Source of the DNA: Octopus sinensis
Taxonomy: Eukaryota
Reading direction: 5' to 3'
Length of the DNA: 64,000 nt
Assembly: GCF_006345805.1 (NCBI RefSeq)
Contig: NC_043021.1
Coordinates: 11,160,001 to 11,224,000 of the forward strand
Numbering within the stretch: position 1 is the stretch's first letter; each line of letters begins with the position of its first letter. A program made the position numbers and the translations under genes. This document shows, piece after piece, positions 12,328-25,900 of this stretch. The notes below the pieces were generated by a model. The model saw only the letters and a list, made by a program, of their open reading frames with translations, searched no databases and was not told the origin of the DNA.

Positions 12328-15285
12328 ATATGACATGCTTCTTTCAGTTTCCGCCTACCAAATCCACTCACAAGGCATTGGTCGGCCCGAGGCTATAGCA
12401 GAAGACACTTGCCCAAGATGCCACGCAGTGGGACTGAACCCGGAACCATGTGGTTGGTTAGCAAGCTACTTACCACACAGCCACTCCTACGCCTATAATA
12501 TATGTTTATCATCATCATCATCATCATCATTACATTTAACAGAGTAATCTGAATACTGAAGGGTTAAATGCTTCTATCCTATGAGTCATTAAACCTGTCT
12601 GTTTTATTTATTTATTTTAGTTTTGTTTATCCTTTTTTTTTAACCTTTTTTTTTCCCTTTGTCCCAAATTTCAGGTTCGTGTCAACATCAAAGCGTTCTT
12701 GGAGGGTCATGGCAGTGATGAAGTCGACCCCTACATTGAAGTTTTGCTGCGTGAAGAAGTCTTGAAAGATTCCCTATTACCATTGGTTGTTGAGCTTATT
12801 CCACTATTAATTAACAATGGTAAACTTACTCTTCTGCATCTTATTTCGTGTTTCTCTTCTACTGTTTTGCATTCGTTGTTACCATTCCTGAACTGGCGGG
12901 ATTACGTTGTTGTTTAGTTGCATGTTTCCTTGTCTTACCTTGCCCCCCCCCACCTCTTCTCCTTCGTCAACTCCTGCTGGAGACATAGGGGCCACTTTCG
13001 TGACGTTTGGCATATCTTAGGCATTTTTTTAAACCAGGAAGAACCCAGGCGCAGGAGTGGCTGTGTGGTAAGTAGCTTGCTAACCAACCACATGGTTCTG
13101 GGTTCAGTCCCACTGCGTGGCACCTTGGGCAAGTGTCTTCTACTATAGCCTCGGGCCGACCAAAGCCTTGTGAGTGGATTTGGTAGACGGAAACTGAAAG
13201 AAGCCCGTCGTATATATGTATATATATGTATATGTATGTGTGCGTGTGTGTATGTGTGTCTGTGTTTGTTCCCCTAGCATTGCTTGACAACCGATGCTGG
13301 TGTGTTTACGTCCCCGTCACTTAGCGGTTCGGCAAAAGAGACCGATAGAATAAGTACTGGGCTTACAAAGAATAAGTCCCGGGGTCGAGTTGCTTGACTA
13401 AAGGCGGTGCTCCAGCATGGCCACAGTCAAATGACTGAAACAAGTAAAAGAGTATTCCTTTCACATGAGGTCAAGACTGTAACACACACACACACGCACA
13501 TACACAGACACCTTTTCAAATCTAATCACATGATCTGGTGGTCTTGGCGCTGGGGGTAGCAGAGATTTATCTCCCTGCCAGTGATACACTCAAGAGTGCA
13601 ATTTGCACCAAAAGCCAATACGAGAGATTTTCTTGTGGTATCTACCACAGTATAGTCTGTTCTAACAGAACATCCAGCTTTAAGTCGGGATAAATATTAC
13701 CTCTCAGTATTATTACTACCTCTGTTGCTAATTTATATTTTTTAACAAGCTCACTGGCTCATTATGACACCAGCACCTGTCCTGACACTGTTATTCTATA
13801 TATCACTGTGCCTCTAGCAGTCAAGTGTCCACCAATGATAAAACATAGGAAGACTGAAATTATGTGATCTGGTGGTCTCAGTGCTGGAGGTGGCCAGGGA
13901 TTTATCTCTCCACTAGTGATATAAACAAGTCCGTTTTTGCGCCAAAAGCCAATATGAGAGATTCTCTCATGGTATCTACTACAGTATAGTTTGTTCTAAC
14001 AGAGCATCTGTGTTTAAGTGGGGATAAAGATTACCTCTTGATATTAATACTACCGCTATCTCTGATAAATATTTTTTAACAAGCTTGCAGGCTAATCACT
14101 ACATGAGTGCTTGTTCTGGCAATGTTATTTTATATCCATCGCTAGCTGGGAAATGAATCACTGCTATCTCTAGTGGTTGAGTGTCCATCATTGACAAGAC
14201 CAAGGAAGGTTGAAATCATGTGATCTGGTGGTCTCGGCGCTGCAGATGACAGGGATTTATCTCCCCACTAGTGATATAAACGAGCGCATTTTTGCACCAA
14301 AAGTCAATATCAGAGTTTCTCTCGCAGTATCTGCTGCAGTATAGCTTGTTCTAACAGAACACCCATGTTTAACTGGGGATAAATATTACCTCTCTATATA
14401 TCAACCGGACTATCAGATGTTGTTATACACCTCTGATCACAATGCATTTCCTTGCATTGTTGTAGCTATTCAATGATGCCATCCCATTGGTTTGGTGGAT
14501 GGGCCAACAGTTCTCTTGTACAGGGCTCCAGTCCACCACGGGGTTACCCATTCACTGCTGAGTAGAGCAGAGCAACGTGAAATGAAGCTCTTTGCTCAAG
14601 AACACAAAGCCACTGCTGGGCTGGGAATCGAAACCACAGCCATGCGATTGTGGGTGCAACACCCTAACCTCTAGGCCACATGCTTTTACATGCACACACA
14701 CACACACACACACACGATTGATTAGTTTGCAGTGTTACTCTGAAATCCTACCAGGAGTATAGATTAGCAGAGGATTACTCCTTCCTTCCTCTCTTCCTTT
14801 CTTGCCAACAGTATGACATGTTCAGTGTATAGGATTATAAATAGGTGGGATTAGAGGAGATTAGAGGTCATAATGGTAGTGGTGAGAATGGTTGTAAATG
14901 TAAAGATTGTGGTGGTGATGCTGGTGTGGGTGGTAATGGTTGTGAACATGGTGATTGCGATGGTGGTGGTGATGATGATGGAGGTGGTGGTGGTGGCTGG
15001 TTGTGATGGTTGTAAATGGTATGATTGCGAGCATGAAGAAAATAACGACGATGACCACCACCACCACCATTACTACCACCACCACCACCACTACTACCAC
15101 AACCACCACCACCACTACCACCATTACCACTACCACCACTACTATTACCACCACACCACGGCCACCACCACACCACGGCCACCACCACAACCACCACTAC
15201 ACCATATATGTGTATATATATATATATATATATGTATGTACATGTGTATATATGTGTGTACATGTGTATATGTATGTATATATGT

Positions 15286-15316
<31 letters not shown>

Positions 15317-16122
15317 TATATCTCCTGTGCAGGTGACACGTAAAACCACCATTTGAGCGTGGGCGTTGCCAGTACCACCTGACTGGCCCTCGTGCCTGTA
15401 GCACATAAAAGCACCCACTACACTCTCGGAGTGGTTGGCATTAGGAAGGGCATCCAGCTGTAGAAACTCTGCCAGATCAGATTGGAGCCTGATGCAGCTA
15501 TTTGGCTCACCAGTCCCCAGTCAAACTGTCCAACCCATGCCAGCATGGAAAGCGGACATTAAACAATGATGATGATGACGATGATGAAATAAAATTTTTT
15601 GTTACGCAGTGATTTTGTAAAGCATTTGTTTTGCGCTCTTTGAATGCAGGACACATACTTATTACTAGCAATTCACATTCCTGTACTTATGGAACTCTGA
15701 GCACCTTTTCGAACTCCACCCGTCTAACACACGTGGACATATTTACAAAGTCAGAAAACAGCACAGCTCCCATGACTTTCGGAAACATTTTTTCACGCTA
15801 AGAGTTGCTGAAGCATGGAACAAACTGCTGGCATCAGTTGTTTTTTGGTGTTTTTGTAAAATCTCAGAAAATAATTAAAAATTCACATTTTTTATCAAAT
15901 TATTTTGTTATATTTGTTAGTTGTCGGAGCACTGCATCCTTCAAAACTTCCATGCTTCCTGAGATTCGCCAACACTACACCTGATGTTCTCCCCTCCATA
16001 CACACACAAGCATCTATCTGACTCATACACTGTTCGCTTTCCAGACATTTGTACATTACTGCATATGCTTTATACGCACTTTTGACAAGCTGTGGTGCAC
16101 CTGAGCACTGTATACAATAATT

Positions 16123-16154
<32 letters not shown>

Positions 16155-16667
16155 TATTTATGGTGTTTGTTTAGGTAGATACGATGCTCGTTCGCGAGTG
16201 CTGGCCAAACACCTTGCTTGGTTGTTTCGAATCAACTGGGACGACATCATAGACTTTGAGAAGACATACTCCGAGCAGTTGAAGACAGATGCTTACAGAG
16301 TATCTCAGTGAGTAGACTTTCAGCTCTCTCTTTCCATTTTCACTAGTATATTTACATACTCGCACGTGCGTGTGTATGTGTGTTTCTTTTATCTTTTACT
16401 TGTTTCACTCATTTGTCTGTGGCCATGCTGGGGCACCGCCTTGAAGAGTTTTAGCTGAATGTATCGACCCCGTACTTATTTTTTTAAAGCCTGGTACTCA
16501 TTCTATCGGTCTCTTTTGCCAAACAGTTATGGGGATATAAACACACCAACACCGGTTGTCAAGCAGTGGTGGGGGACAAAGACACATGCACACATAGATA
16601 TATACCTATATATATACACACACATATATAGATATATATACACACACATATATAGATATATACACAC

Positions 16668-16705
<38 letters not shown>

Positions 16706-16723
16706 CTACATATATATACATAT

Positions 16724-16785
<62 letters not shown>

Positions 16786-16935
16786 ATACATACATACATA
16801 CAATGGGCTTCTTTCAGTTTCCATCTACCAGATCCACTCACAATGTTTTAGTCAGCCCGAGGCTATAGAAGAGGACACTTGCCCAAGGTGCTATGCAGTG
16901 GGACTGACCTCGGAACCATGTCGTTGGGAAGCAAG

Positions 16936-16982
<47 letters not shown>

Positions 16983-19308
16983 AACATAGATATAACACAA
17001 ACACATATGGATATGTGTGTGATTGTATATGTATGTATAAGTGTATATAATTCTCAATCAACATGGATTGCAGATGAACGACTATCTTTTGATACAGAAA
17101 CAGCACAGGCTATGCTTTCAGGTTTTTTTGGGGGATAAAGTTTTCAGAAATAACCCAATAAGTTTACCATTAAGTTCATGAAATATTAACAGATCCTGCT
17201 AATAAAATGTAATTGTGTGAAATATTCACGGGTCCTGCTAATAAAATATAAATTATTGTTCATCTGGATGTCATTTCAGGGAAGAAGCTGAAGAGAAAAG
17301 CAAACGAGCAAGGAATAATAAATTTAAAAGGGTTGCCCTTATAAGTTTAGCCACTGTTGGTGGCGGGACCTTGATTGGTAAGCATTACCATTGCGTCGAT
17401 ATTCTCTTATTTTTTTTACTTGTTTCAGTCATTTGACTGTGGCCATGCTGGGGCACCACCTTTAGTTGAGCAAATCAATCCCAGGACTTATTCTTTGTAA
17501 GCCTGGTACTTATTCTGGTACGTATCTTTTTACTCGACTGCTAAGTTATGGGGATGTAAATACACCAGCATCGGTTGTCAAGCGATGTTGGGGGGACAAA
17601 CACAGACATACAAACATATGTATATACGCACACACACACACACACACACGATGGACTTCTTTCAGTTTTTCTCTACCAAATCCACTCACAAGGCTTTAGT
17701 AGAAGACACTTGCCCAAGGTGCCATGCAGTGGGACTGAACCTGGATCCATGTAGTTAGTAAGCAAGCTACTTACCACACAACCACTCCTGCGCCTATAGG
17801 TTGCTTTTGTTTTTTTTTAGGGATGCTATTTTATATATTTGTATAATCCTTAAAGTGTACCTACAAAATGTGTGCATGGCTTTTGTGTTGATGTTTAACC
17901 CTTGGCAGGATTTGGTTGAGTAGGCCTATGATCAAATGCATTTGAACCATAATAACTTTCCCCCTACCTGAATTCTGTATCTAAGACTACATTATTCAAC
18001 ATGTCCATCCTATTTCATGGTAACAGGATGTAACTTAAGAGAACTGGTTGCTATCTCTAGCAGGTCAAGTGACCATATAGGGTAATGTTTCCCAACCTAT
18101 TTTCTCCCAGGCCCCTCTATAACATACCAGAAAAGTGTATTACTCACTAGAAGTTGAGAAAAAAAATTTTATTTTTAATATTTTATCACAATTATTTAAT
18201 ACAAAAGAATCTACTCTTTTACACGTTTCAGTCATTTGACTGTGGCCATGCTGGAGCACCGCCTTTTAGTCGAGCAAATCGACCCCAGGACTTACTGTTT
18301 GTAAGCCTAGTACTTATTCTATTGGTCCTGTTTGCCGAACCGCTAAGTTACGGGGAAGTAAACACAGCAGCATTGGTTGTCAAGCGATGTTGGGGGGACA
18401 AATACAGACACACACACACGACGGCCTTCTTTCAGTTCCTATCTACTAAATCCACTAACAAGGCTTTGGTTGGCCCGAGGCTATAGTAGAAGACACTTGC
18501 CCAAGGTGCCATGTAGTGGGACTGAACCTGGAACCATGTGGTTCATAAAGTATAAAGGGAATTTAAAAAAAGTAATCATTTTTTTAAAAAAGCTGTAAAA
18601 TCTTTTATCAGGATGTTACTAACCTTTTCGGAAGAAGTTTTTTTACCTAGTGTGTGTGAGCACTATCGATTAATCTTTCCAAACACACGTGCCCTTGGTC
18701 AACGTATGAACAAGGAAATTGTTATTTCTATAATAGCATTTGTATTAACTATTTCTGGTTTATTTTCGGACTTGAGGCTTTCATGAATTATCCTTCCTTT
18801 GTCTTTCATAGTTAACCATAAGAAGTTTTTTTTACCATTATTTATTATATGGAATGTTGACTATTTTCAGTTTAATTTTGGAATTAGAATTCTTAGAAAG
18901 TATTTTTCTTTTGCCATTCATAGTTAAACATTTTCATCGTTTATTTTGTAAAACGGGAATATTTCAAATTTTCCATTATATATATATATACGTTTTATTT
19001 ATTATTTTGCACATTACTTAATCTTTGTTATATGTTTTATATTATATCTAATCTTTCTATATTTTTCTATATTTTTCATTATTGAATTGATAAAAGGTGG
19101 TTTTTTTTCTTATTCATATATATATTATAAAATGAGATAGGGGTTGAAAATTCAACCCACCATGGGATAACATATATCCAATATATTTATAGTATATTTT
19201 GTATAATGCCTTTACTGTTATGTAATGGTGTAATAAAGTATTGATTGGGTATCATCTGATGGTTGATGTTTGATTGATTTAAGTATGTTTCTCCATTTTC
19301 TAATTTTG

Positions 19309-19355
<47 letters not shown>

Positions 19356-19449
19356 TTTGTGAAATTTAATTTAGTATTTCTAAATTGAATTTTTCCCTGT
19401 AAGTTTGGAATAATATTCCCTCATATTATTATTATTATTATATTATTAT

Positions 19450-19488
<39 letters not shown>

Positions 19489-22400
19489 ATCTCTATCTGT
19501 GTGTCTTTCTCTTCTTCAACAGGTTTAACTGGGGGTCTGGCTGCTCCTTTAGTGGCCGCTGGTGCTGGTGCCATTATAGGAGGGGCTGGGGCAGCAGCTC
19601 TTGCTACTACCACTGGTCTCGCTGTCATTAGTTCCTTGTTTGGTGTTGCTGGTGCTGGACTAACAGGTCTCTTTTACTATTCTCTGTTTGTGTGTCTGTC
19701 TGTCTCTCTGCCTCAGGCTATCTGTTATCCATTTGCCTGTCTTTATCTGCGTATGTATGTATGTATGTATGTATCTATTTATGTATGTATCTATCCATCA
19801 ATCTATCCATCTATCTATCCATCTATCTATCTATCCATCTATCTATCTATCTATCTATCTGCTTCTATTTATCCATCTAGCCATCCATCCATCTATCTAT
19901 CCATCTATCTATCTATCTATCCATCCATCCATCTATCTATCTATCTACCTACCTACCTACCTACCTACCCACCCAAAACCCACTCACCCATCCATCCATC
20001 CATCCATTCATCCATCCATCTAGCTACATACATACCTACACACCCATCCATCCATCCATCCATCTGCCTGTCTGTCTACCTGTCTAAAAATCTGTTTTTC
20101 TGTCTATCTGACTATCTGTCCATTCATCCATCCATCCATCCGTCTGTCTTTATTTATCTATAATTTGGTGTATCTATGTTGTTGAGCTGTATCTATGCTT
20201 CCATCTACTTTCAGATCTGTATTCCACATAGCTCACTCTATTTATCTCACCCTCCTTTACTATCATCCCTCTATCTCCTCCCACTCTCTCGTCCCCTCTT
20301 CCTCCATCACCATCTTTCTTACCTCCACTCCTCTCATTTCTCTCTATTTGTTTTTATAAGATAGTCAGATGAGATGGGGGAGTAAAAGGAAGAAGAGGAA
20401 GCAGAACAGTGCCTCTGACTTTTCACAGTTTCCCTCCTCTTCAAACTCTTGCAGGGTACAAGATGAGACGCCGTGTTGGTGCTGTGGAAGAATTTGTCTT
20501 TGAGCCACTTGTGCCTGGTTTAAGACTTCAAGCTGAGAACATGGGCAAACAACTTCATATAACGATTGCTGTCAATGGATGGCTTAATAGCACATTGGAA
20601 GGTAAGTTTATCATCTCAACCATTACCTTAATCATCTTAACTTCACCATAACCTCCATCTTAATCATCATGTTAACCAACACCTTAACCATCATATTAAT
20701 TATTACCTTAATCATCATCTTAACCATCACTTTAACCACCACTATAAAGTGGTTGGCGTTTGGAAGGGTGTCCAGCTGTAAAAACCTTGCCAAAACTGAC
20801 CTTGCCTGTGCTTGTGCTATGTAAAAAGCACCCAGTCCACTCTGTGAAGCAGTTGGTGTCAGGAAGAGTATCCAGCCATAAAAACCCTGCCAAATCAGAC
20901 ACAGTAACTTGGGGTAGCTTTCTACCTGGCTGACTCCTGTCAACTGTCCAGCCAATGCTAGTATGGAAGACAGACGTTAAACGATGATGATAATGAGGAT
21001 GATGAATTCAGCCTTCTGCCTCCTAGTGCTTGTTATTACAGCACTAGGAGGCTGTTCTATATTTAAGAGATTTACATTCGATGGATATTTGTCCTCATCT
21101 TGTTTGTTAACACAACGTTTCGGCTGATATACCCTCTCCCCCCAGCCTTCATCAGGTGTCTTGGGGAAATTTCGAACCTGGGTTTCGAAGCTACTTTCAT
21201 GAATTCCCATCATTCTCTCTCACCATCTAAATTCCATCATAATGAATTTGAATTGGGAGCTTGAATCAATGAATCATTCATAAACTGATTACACAACAAT
21301 GGATGCCACCCCTATGAATGTGTTACAGTTATTCCCCTGATAGAGCTTGGTGATCTTGACCGTTGATCTTCGAGGTTTCCTCTGCTCAGCATCAATGTAA
21401 AGAAGCACCATTGGCTCAGTTGAGTCCTTCTGCTGCCTCTTCACAATCTGCAAAGCTGCTTTCACGGAATCCCATGATTCTCTGTCACCATCCAATTCCA
21501 TTATAATGAATTTGAATTGGGAATTAAGTCATAATGACTCTTTCATTAGCTGATTACACAACCATGGATACCACCCCTATGGATGCATGGCAGTTACTCT
21601 CTTGAAAGAGTTTGGTGAACCTGACCATTTGATCTTCTAGGGTTCCTCCACTCAGCATAAATGTAAGAAGCACCTTTGTCTTCTTACATAAATGTAAGAA
21701 GCACCTTTGTTGAGTTCTACCGCTGCCTCTTCACAATCTGCCATACTGTTTTCACATTCCCATGACTCTGTCACCATCCAATTCCATTATTTTGAATTTG
21801 AATTGGGAGCTTGAATTATGGTGAATCTTCCTTTAGCTGATTGCACAACCATAAATGCATTGAAGTTACTATCTTGATAAAGTTTGGTGATCCTAACAGT
21901 TGACCTTCTTGGATTCCTCTGCTTAGCATCAATGAAAGAACCATCGTTGGCTCATTTGAGCTCTTCTGCTACTGCTTTGCAATCTTCCATGACTTTGCCG
22001 TATCCCTGGTAGGGTGGCTGAATGGGTGCTACACCCTGTCAAAGGGCAACCCGCAACTCTGTAAGTCATGGTTGTCACTCAATGAGGCGTTTTCAAAACA
22101 CCTGTATACCTGGATGTACTTACAATAATCTAGGACAGGTATAACTGTATTACTGTTTGTAAGCCAGTACTTATTCTATTGGTCCTGTTTGCCGAACCGC
22201 TAAGTTACGGGGACGTAAACACACCAGCATTGGTTGTCAAGCGATGTTGGGGGGACAAACACAGACACGCAAACATACACACACACACACACACGACGGC
22301 CTTCTTTCAGTTCCGTCTACCAAATCCACTCACAAGGCTTTGGTTGGCCCGAGGCTATAGTAGAAGACACTTGCCCAAGGTGCCATGCAGTGGGACTGAA

Positions 22401-22512
22401 CCTGGAACCATGTGGTTCATAAAGTATAAAGGGAATTTTAAAAAAACAATTATTTAAAAAAAAAAATAACTGGCTTTCCTTAAAAGTCTCAAGACATCTG
22501 GAATGCATGCGG

Positions 22513-22544
<32 letters not shown>

Positions 22545-22906
22545 GGGCCGGTTTCCCGGATGTACTTGAACAACATCCGTTAAAAACAAATTATTCTACG
22601 TCTCTTGAACTTCCCCAATTTCTGTGCCGTAAACCTCATAACGCTTTCAATGTTGAAAATATTTTGTGATTATTTTTCAGATTACAAAGAGCCTTGGCAG
22701 ACTTTGAACGAGAGTTTGGAACAGTACAGTTTACGATGGGAATCTCGATACCTTCTGGAGCTGGGGAAGGCCTTTGACTATATTGTTGGAATGGCCATTG
22801 GTGTGGCCACCCAGGAAGTGCTCAAATATACCATTTTATCTGGTTAGTCATTACTTCTCACTTAACACCGTCACTATGACTGTGGTTGCTGCCACTTTCT
22901 CTCTTG

Positions 22907-22943
<37 letters not shown>

Positions 22944-25900
22944 ACATTCCAGAAGTTTTGAATCTTTTTCAGGAGAGACATTCTCTTTTACTCTTTTACT
23001 TGTTTCAGTCATTTGACTGTGGCCATGCTGGAGCACCACCTTTAGTCGAGCAAATCGACCCCAGGACTTATTCTTTGTAAGCCTAGTACTTGTTCCAAGC
23101 TGTGTCAGCCTTTGCCCTTCCCTTAGATAGCATCAGTAGCATGAAGAGGGGAGGCTGGTATGCATGGGTGACTGCTGGCCTTCCACAAACAACCTTTCTT
23201 GGACTTGTGCCTCAGAGGGGGACTTTCTAGCTGCAATCTCATGGTCATTCATGACCAAAGAGGGTCTTTACCATTTTACCTAGTGTATGAGTGTATAATG
23301 AAAGGTATTAAATTTGTTTTTTCCACAGAATATACATTTTTCCAGGGAAAAAATGTAAGGTTTGGTCTTATGCAAGAGTGTGTCTTATATAGTGGCAAAT
23401 ATGGTAGGCCCCAGGGTGATTTTTTTGAGACATGTTATTTTGGGAAAAATAGTGCATCATATGTGGAGGCGCAATGGCCCAGTGGTGAGGGCAGCGGACT
23501 CGCGGTCAGAGGATCGCAATTTCGATTCCCAGACTGGGCGTTGTGTCTGTTTATTGAGCGAAAACACCTAAAAGCTCCATGAGGCTTCGGCAGGGGGTGG
23601 CGGCAGCCCCTGCTGTACTCTTTCGCCCCAACTTTCTTTCACTCTTTCTTCCTGTTTCTTGGGTAACGCTGCGATGGACTGGCATCCCGTCCAGCTGGGG
23701 GAGAACACATACGCCACAGAAACCGGGAAACCGGGCCCATGAGCCTGGCTAGGCTTGAAAAGGGTGAAAAAAGAAAAAGAAAGAAAGTGCATCATATATG
23801 TGCAAAGGTGCCATGTAAAAAGCATTGGTGTGGGTACCACATAAAACGTACTAGAGATGGTGCCACACATAAAGCACTTGTGGTGGTACCATGTGAAAAG
23901 CAATGGTGTGGGTGCCACATATAAAGTGCTGGTTCCACATCAAAAACACTGGTGCTGGTGCCACAGAAAATGTACTGGAGATGGTGTCATGTTAAAAACA
24001 TTGGTGCTGGTGCCACATATAAAAGCACTGGTGCTGGTACTGATTGCAGAGCACTGGTGCTGGTGCCGCATATAGAACACTGGTGATGGTGTCACACAGA
24101 AAGCACCCAGTACACTCTGTAAAGTGGTGGGTGTTAGGAAGGGCATCCAGCTGTAGAAACCAAGGCGAAAGCAGATTACGGAACCGGGTGTGGACCCTGG
24201 CTTTGCCAGCATGGAAAAATGACAGCAGGAGGAGGAGGAGGAGGTTGTTGTTGTTCTTGTTCTTGTTCTTCTTCTTCTTCAATCCTTCTTCTTCTTCTTC
24301 TTCTTCTTCTTCTTCTTCTTCTTCTTCTTCTTCTTCATCATCAACGGACACCTCCAAAAGCTTGATTTATTCCATTTCTTTTCGTTTTTTCTCTTCTCTT
24401 TCCAGGTCTGTTGGCTGCTATTACTTGGCCACGTTCTCTTGTATCCGCAGCGGGTGTCATCGACAATCCGTGGAGTGTATGTCTGCGGAGGTCAAAAGAA
24501 GTTGGTAAGCAACTAGCAGAGGTGCTTCTTGCCAGAGAACAGGTTGGTGTTTTTTGAGGGTTTTTTGTTTTTCTCACACTTTATTTCTTGGTCCTTTATA
24601 CAAAATACTTTACAGACACACGTAAACAAACTTTCCTTGTTTCTGGAAGCCCCGAATGTGTATCATATCATACAGACAAACTAATATTTCGAATACAGTA
24701 TAGCCATAAAAACTGCAGAAAGATTAGGTATTTTACCATTATATGATGGAAAAAGTAGTCAGCAGACAGCCACTGGACATGGGTTGGACGGTTTGACCAG
24801 AGCTGACAAGCAGGAGGGCTGCACCAGGTTCCAGTCTGCCTTGGTTTTGTTTCTAGGGCTTGATGCCCTTCCTAACGCCAGTCACTTTACAGAGTTTGTT
24901 GGGTGCTTATTACATGGCACCACCATGGTTATATACATATATACTCTTTGCTTGTTTCAGTCATGTGACTGTGGCCATGCTGGGGCACCACCTTTAGTCG
25001 ACCAAATCGACTGCAGGACTTATTATTTGTAAGCCTAGTACTTATTCTATCGGCCTCTTTTGCCAAATCGCTAAGTTACGGGCAAGTAAACACACCACCA
25101 TCGGTTGTCAAGCGATGTTGGGGGGACAAACACAGACACACAAACATATACACACACACATACATATACATACATATATAGAGCTGTTCAATAAGGTTCA
25201 TATCTGGTGACTGGCTTGACCATAGGAGTTTTTTAGTGCCATTCTCTTCCAACCAGTTTCAGGTCTTTTTAGCCATGTGACAAGGAGCCCCATCTTCCAT
25301 AAATAAAAAGTCTTCTTTAATCATTTCACCACTGGAGAAGATTGTATGTCTGTTTATAAGGTGGTGTGCTGGCAGAATCATCTTGCTGAACAAAATGCTT
25401 ACCAGCATTTCTTCCAGTTTCATAGAATGACCCAGGATTTTGGAAAGCAGCAGGAAGACACCTAGGAGCCATGACCTGGCTGGGCCTGACTTCTGTAGAG
25501 TGTCAGGTATAAGGGTCGAAACACTAGTCAGATTGGAGTTCTTCCTCTAAAGATCTCTCCTGATCTGTGCTTGCCTTTTCTCTTTCTCTTTTACTTGTTT
25601 CAGTCATTTGACTGCGGCCATGCTGGAGCACCGCCTTTAATCGAGCAACTCGACCCCGAGACTTATTCTTTGTAAGCCCAGTACTTATTCTATCGGTCTC
25701 TTTTTGCCGAACCGCTAAGTGACGGGGACGTAAACACACCACCATCGGTTGTCAAGCAATGCTAGGGGAACAACACAGACACACAAACAAACACATATAT
25801 ATATATACATATATACGACAGGCTTCTTTCAGTTTCCGTCTACCAAATCCACTCACAAGGCATTGGTCGGCCCGGGGCTATAGCAGAAGACACTTGCCCA

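Noticed and set aside
14861-15418. His-, Thr- and Gly-rich ORFs
   Set aside because: (GGT)/(ACC) and (TA) simple repeats; the inverted GGT/ACC arrangement is only low-complexity complementarity
23464-23540. tRNA-like sequence (also near 48805 and 51158)
   Set aside because: SINE heads continuing into a shared non-tRNA body, with no proper acceptor stem or terminator
23800-24095. Regularly spaced ggtgccacataaaagcact repeats resembling a CRISPR array
   Set aside because: Eukaryotic intron, no unique spacers, no cas genes; a minisatellite amplified from the adjacent retroposon
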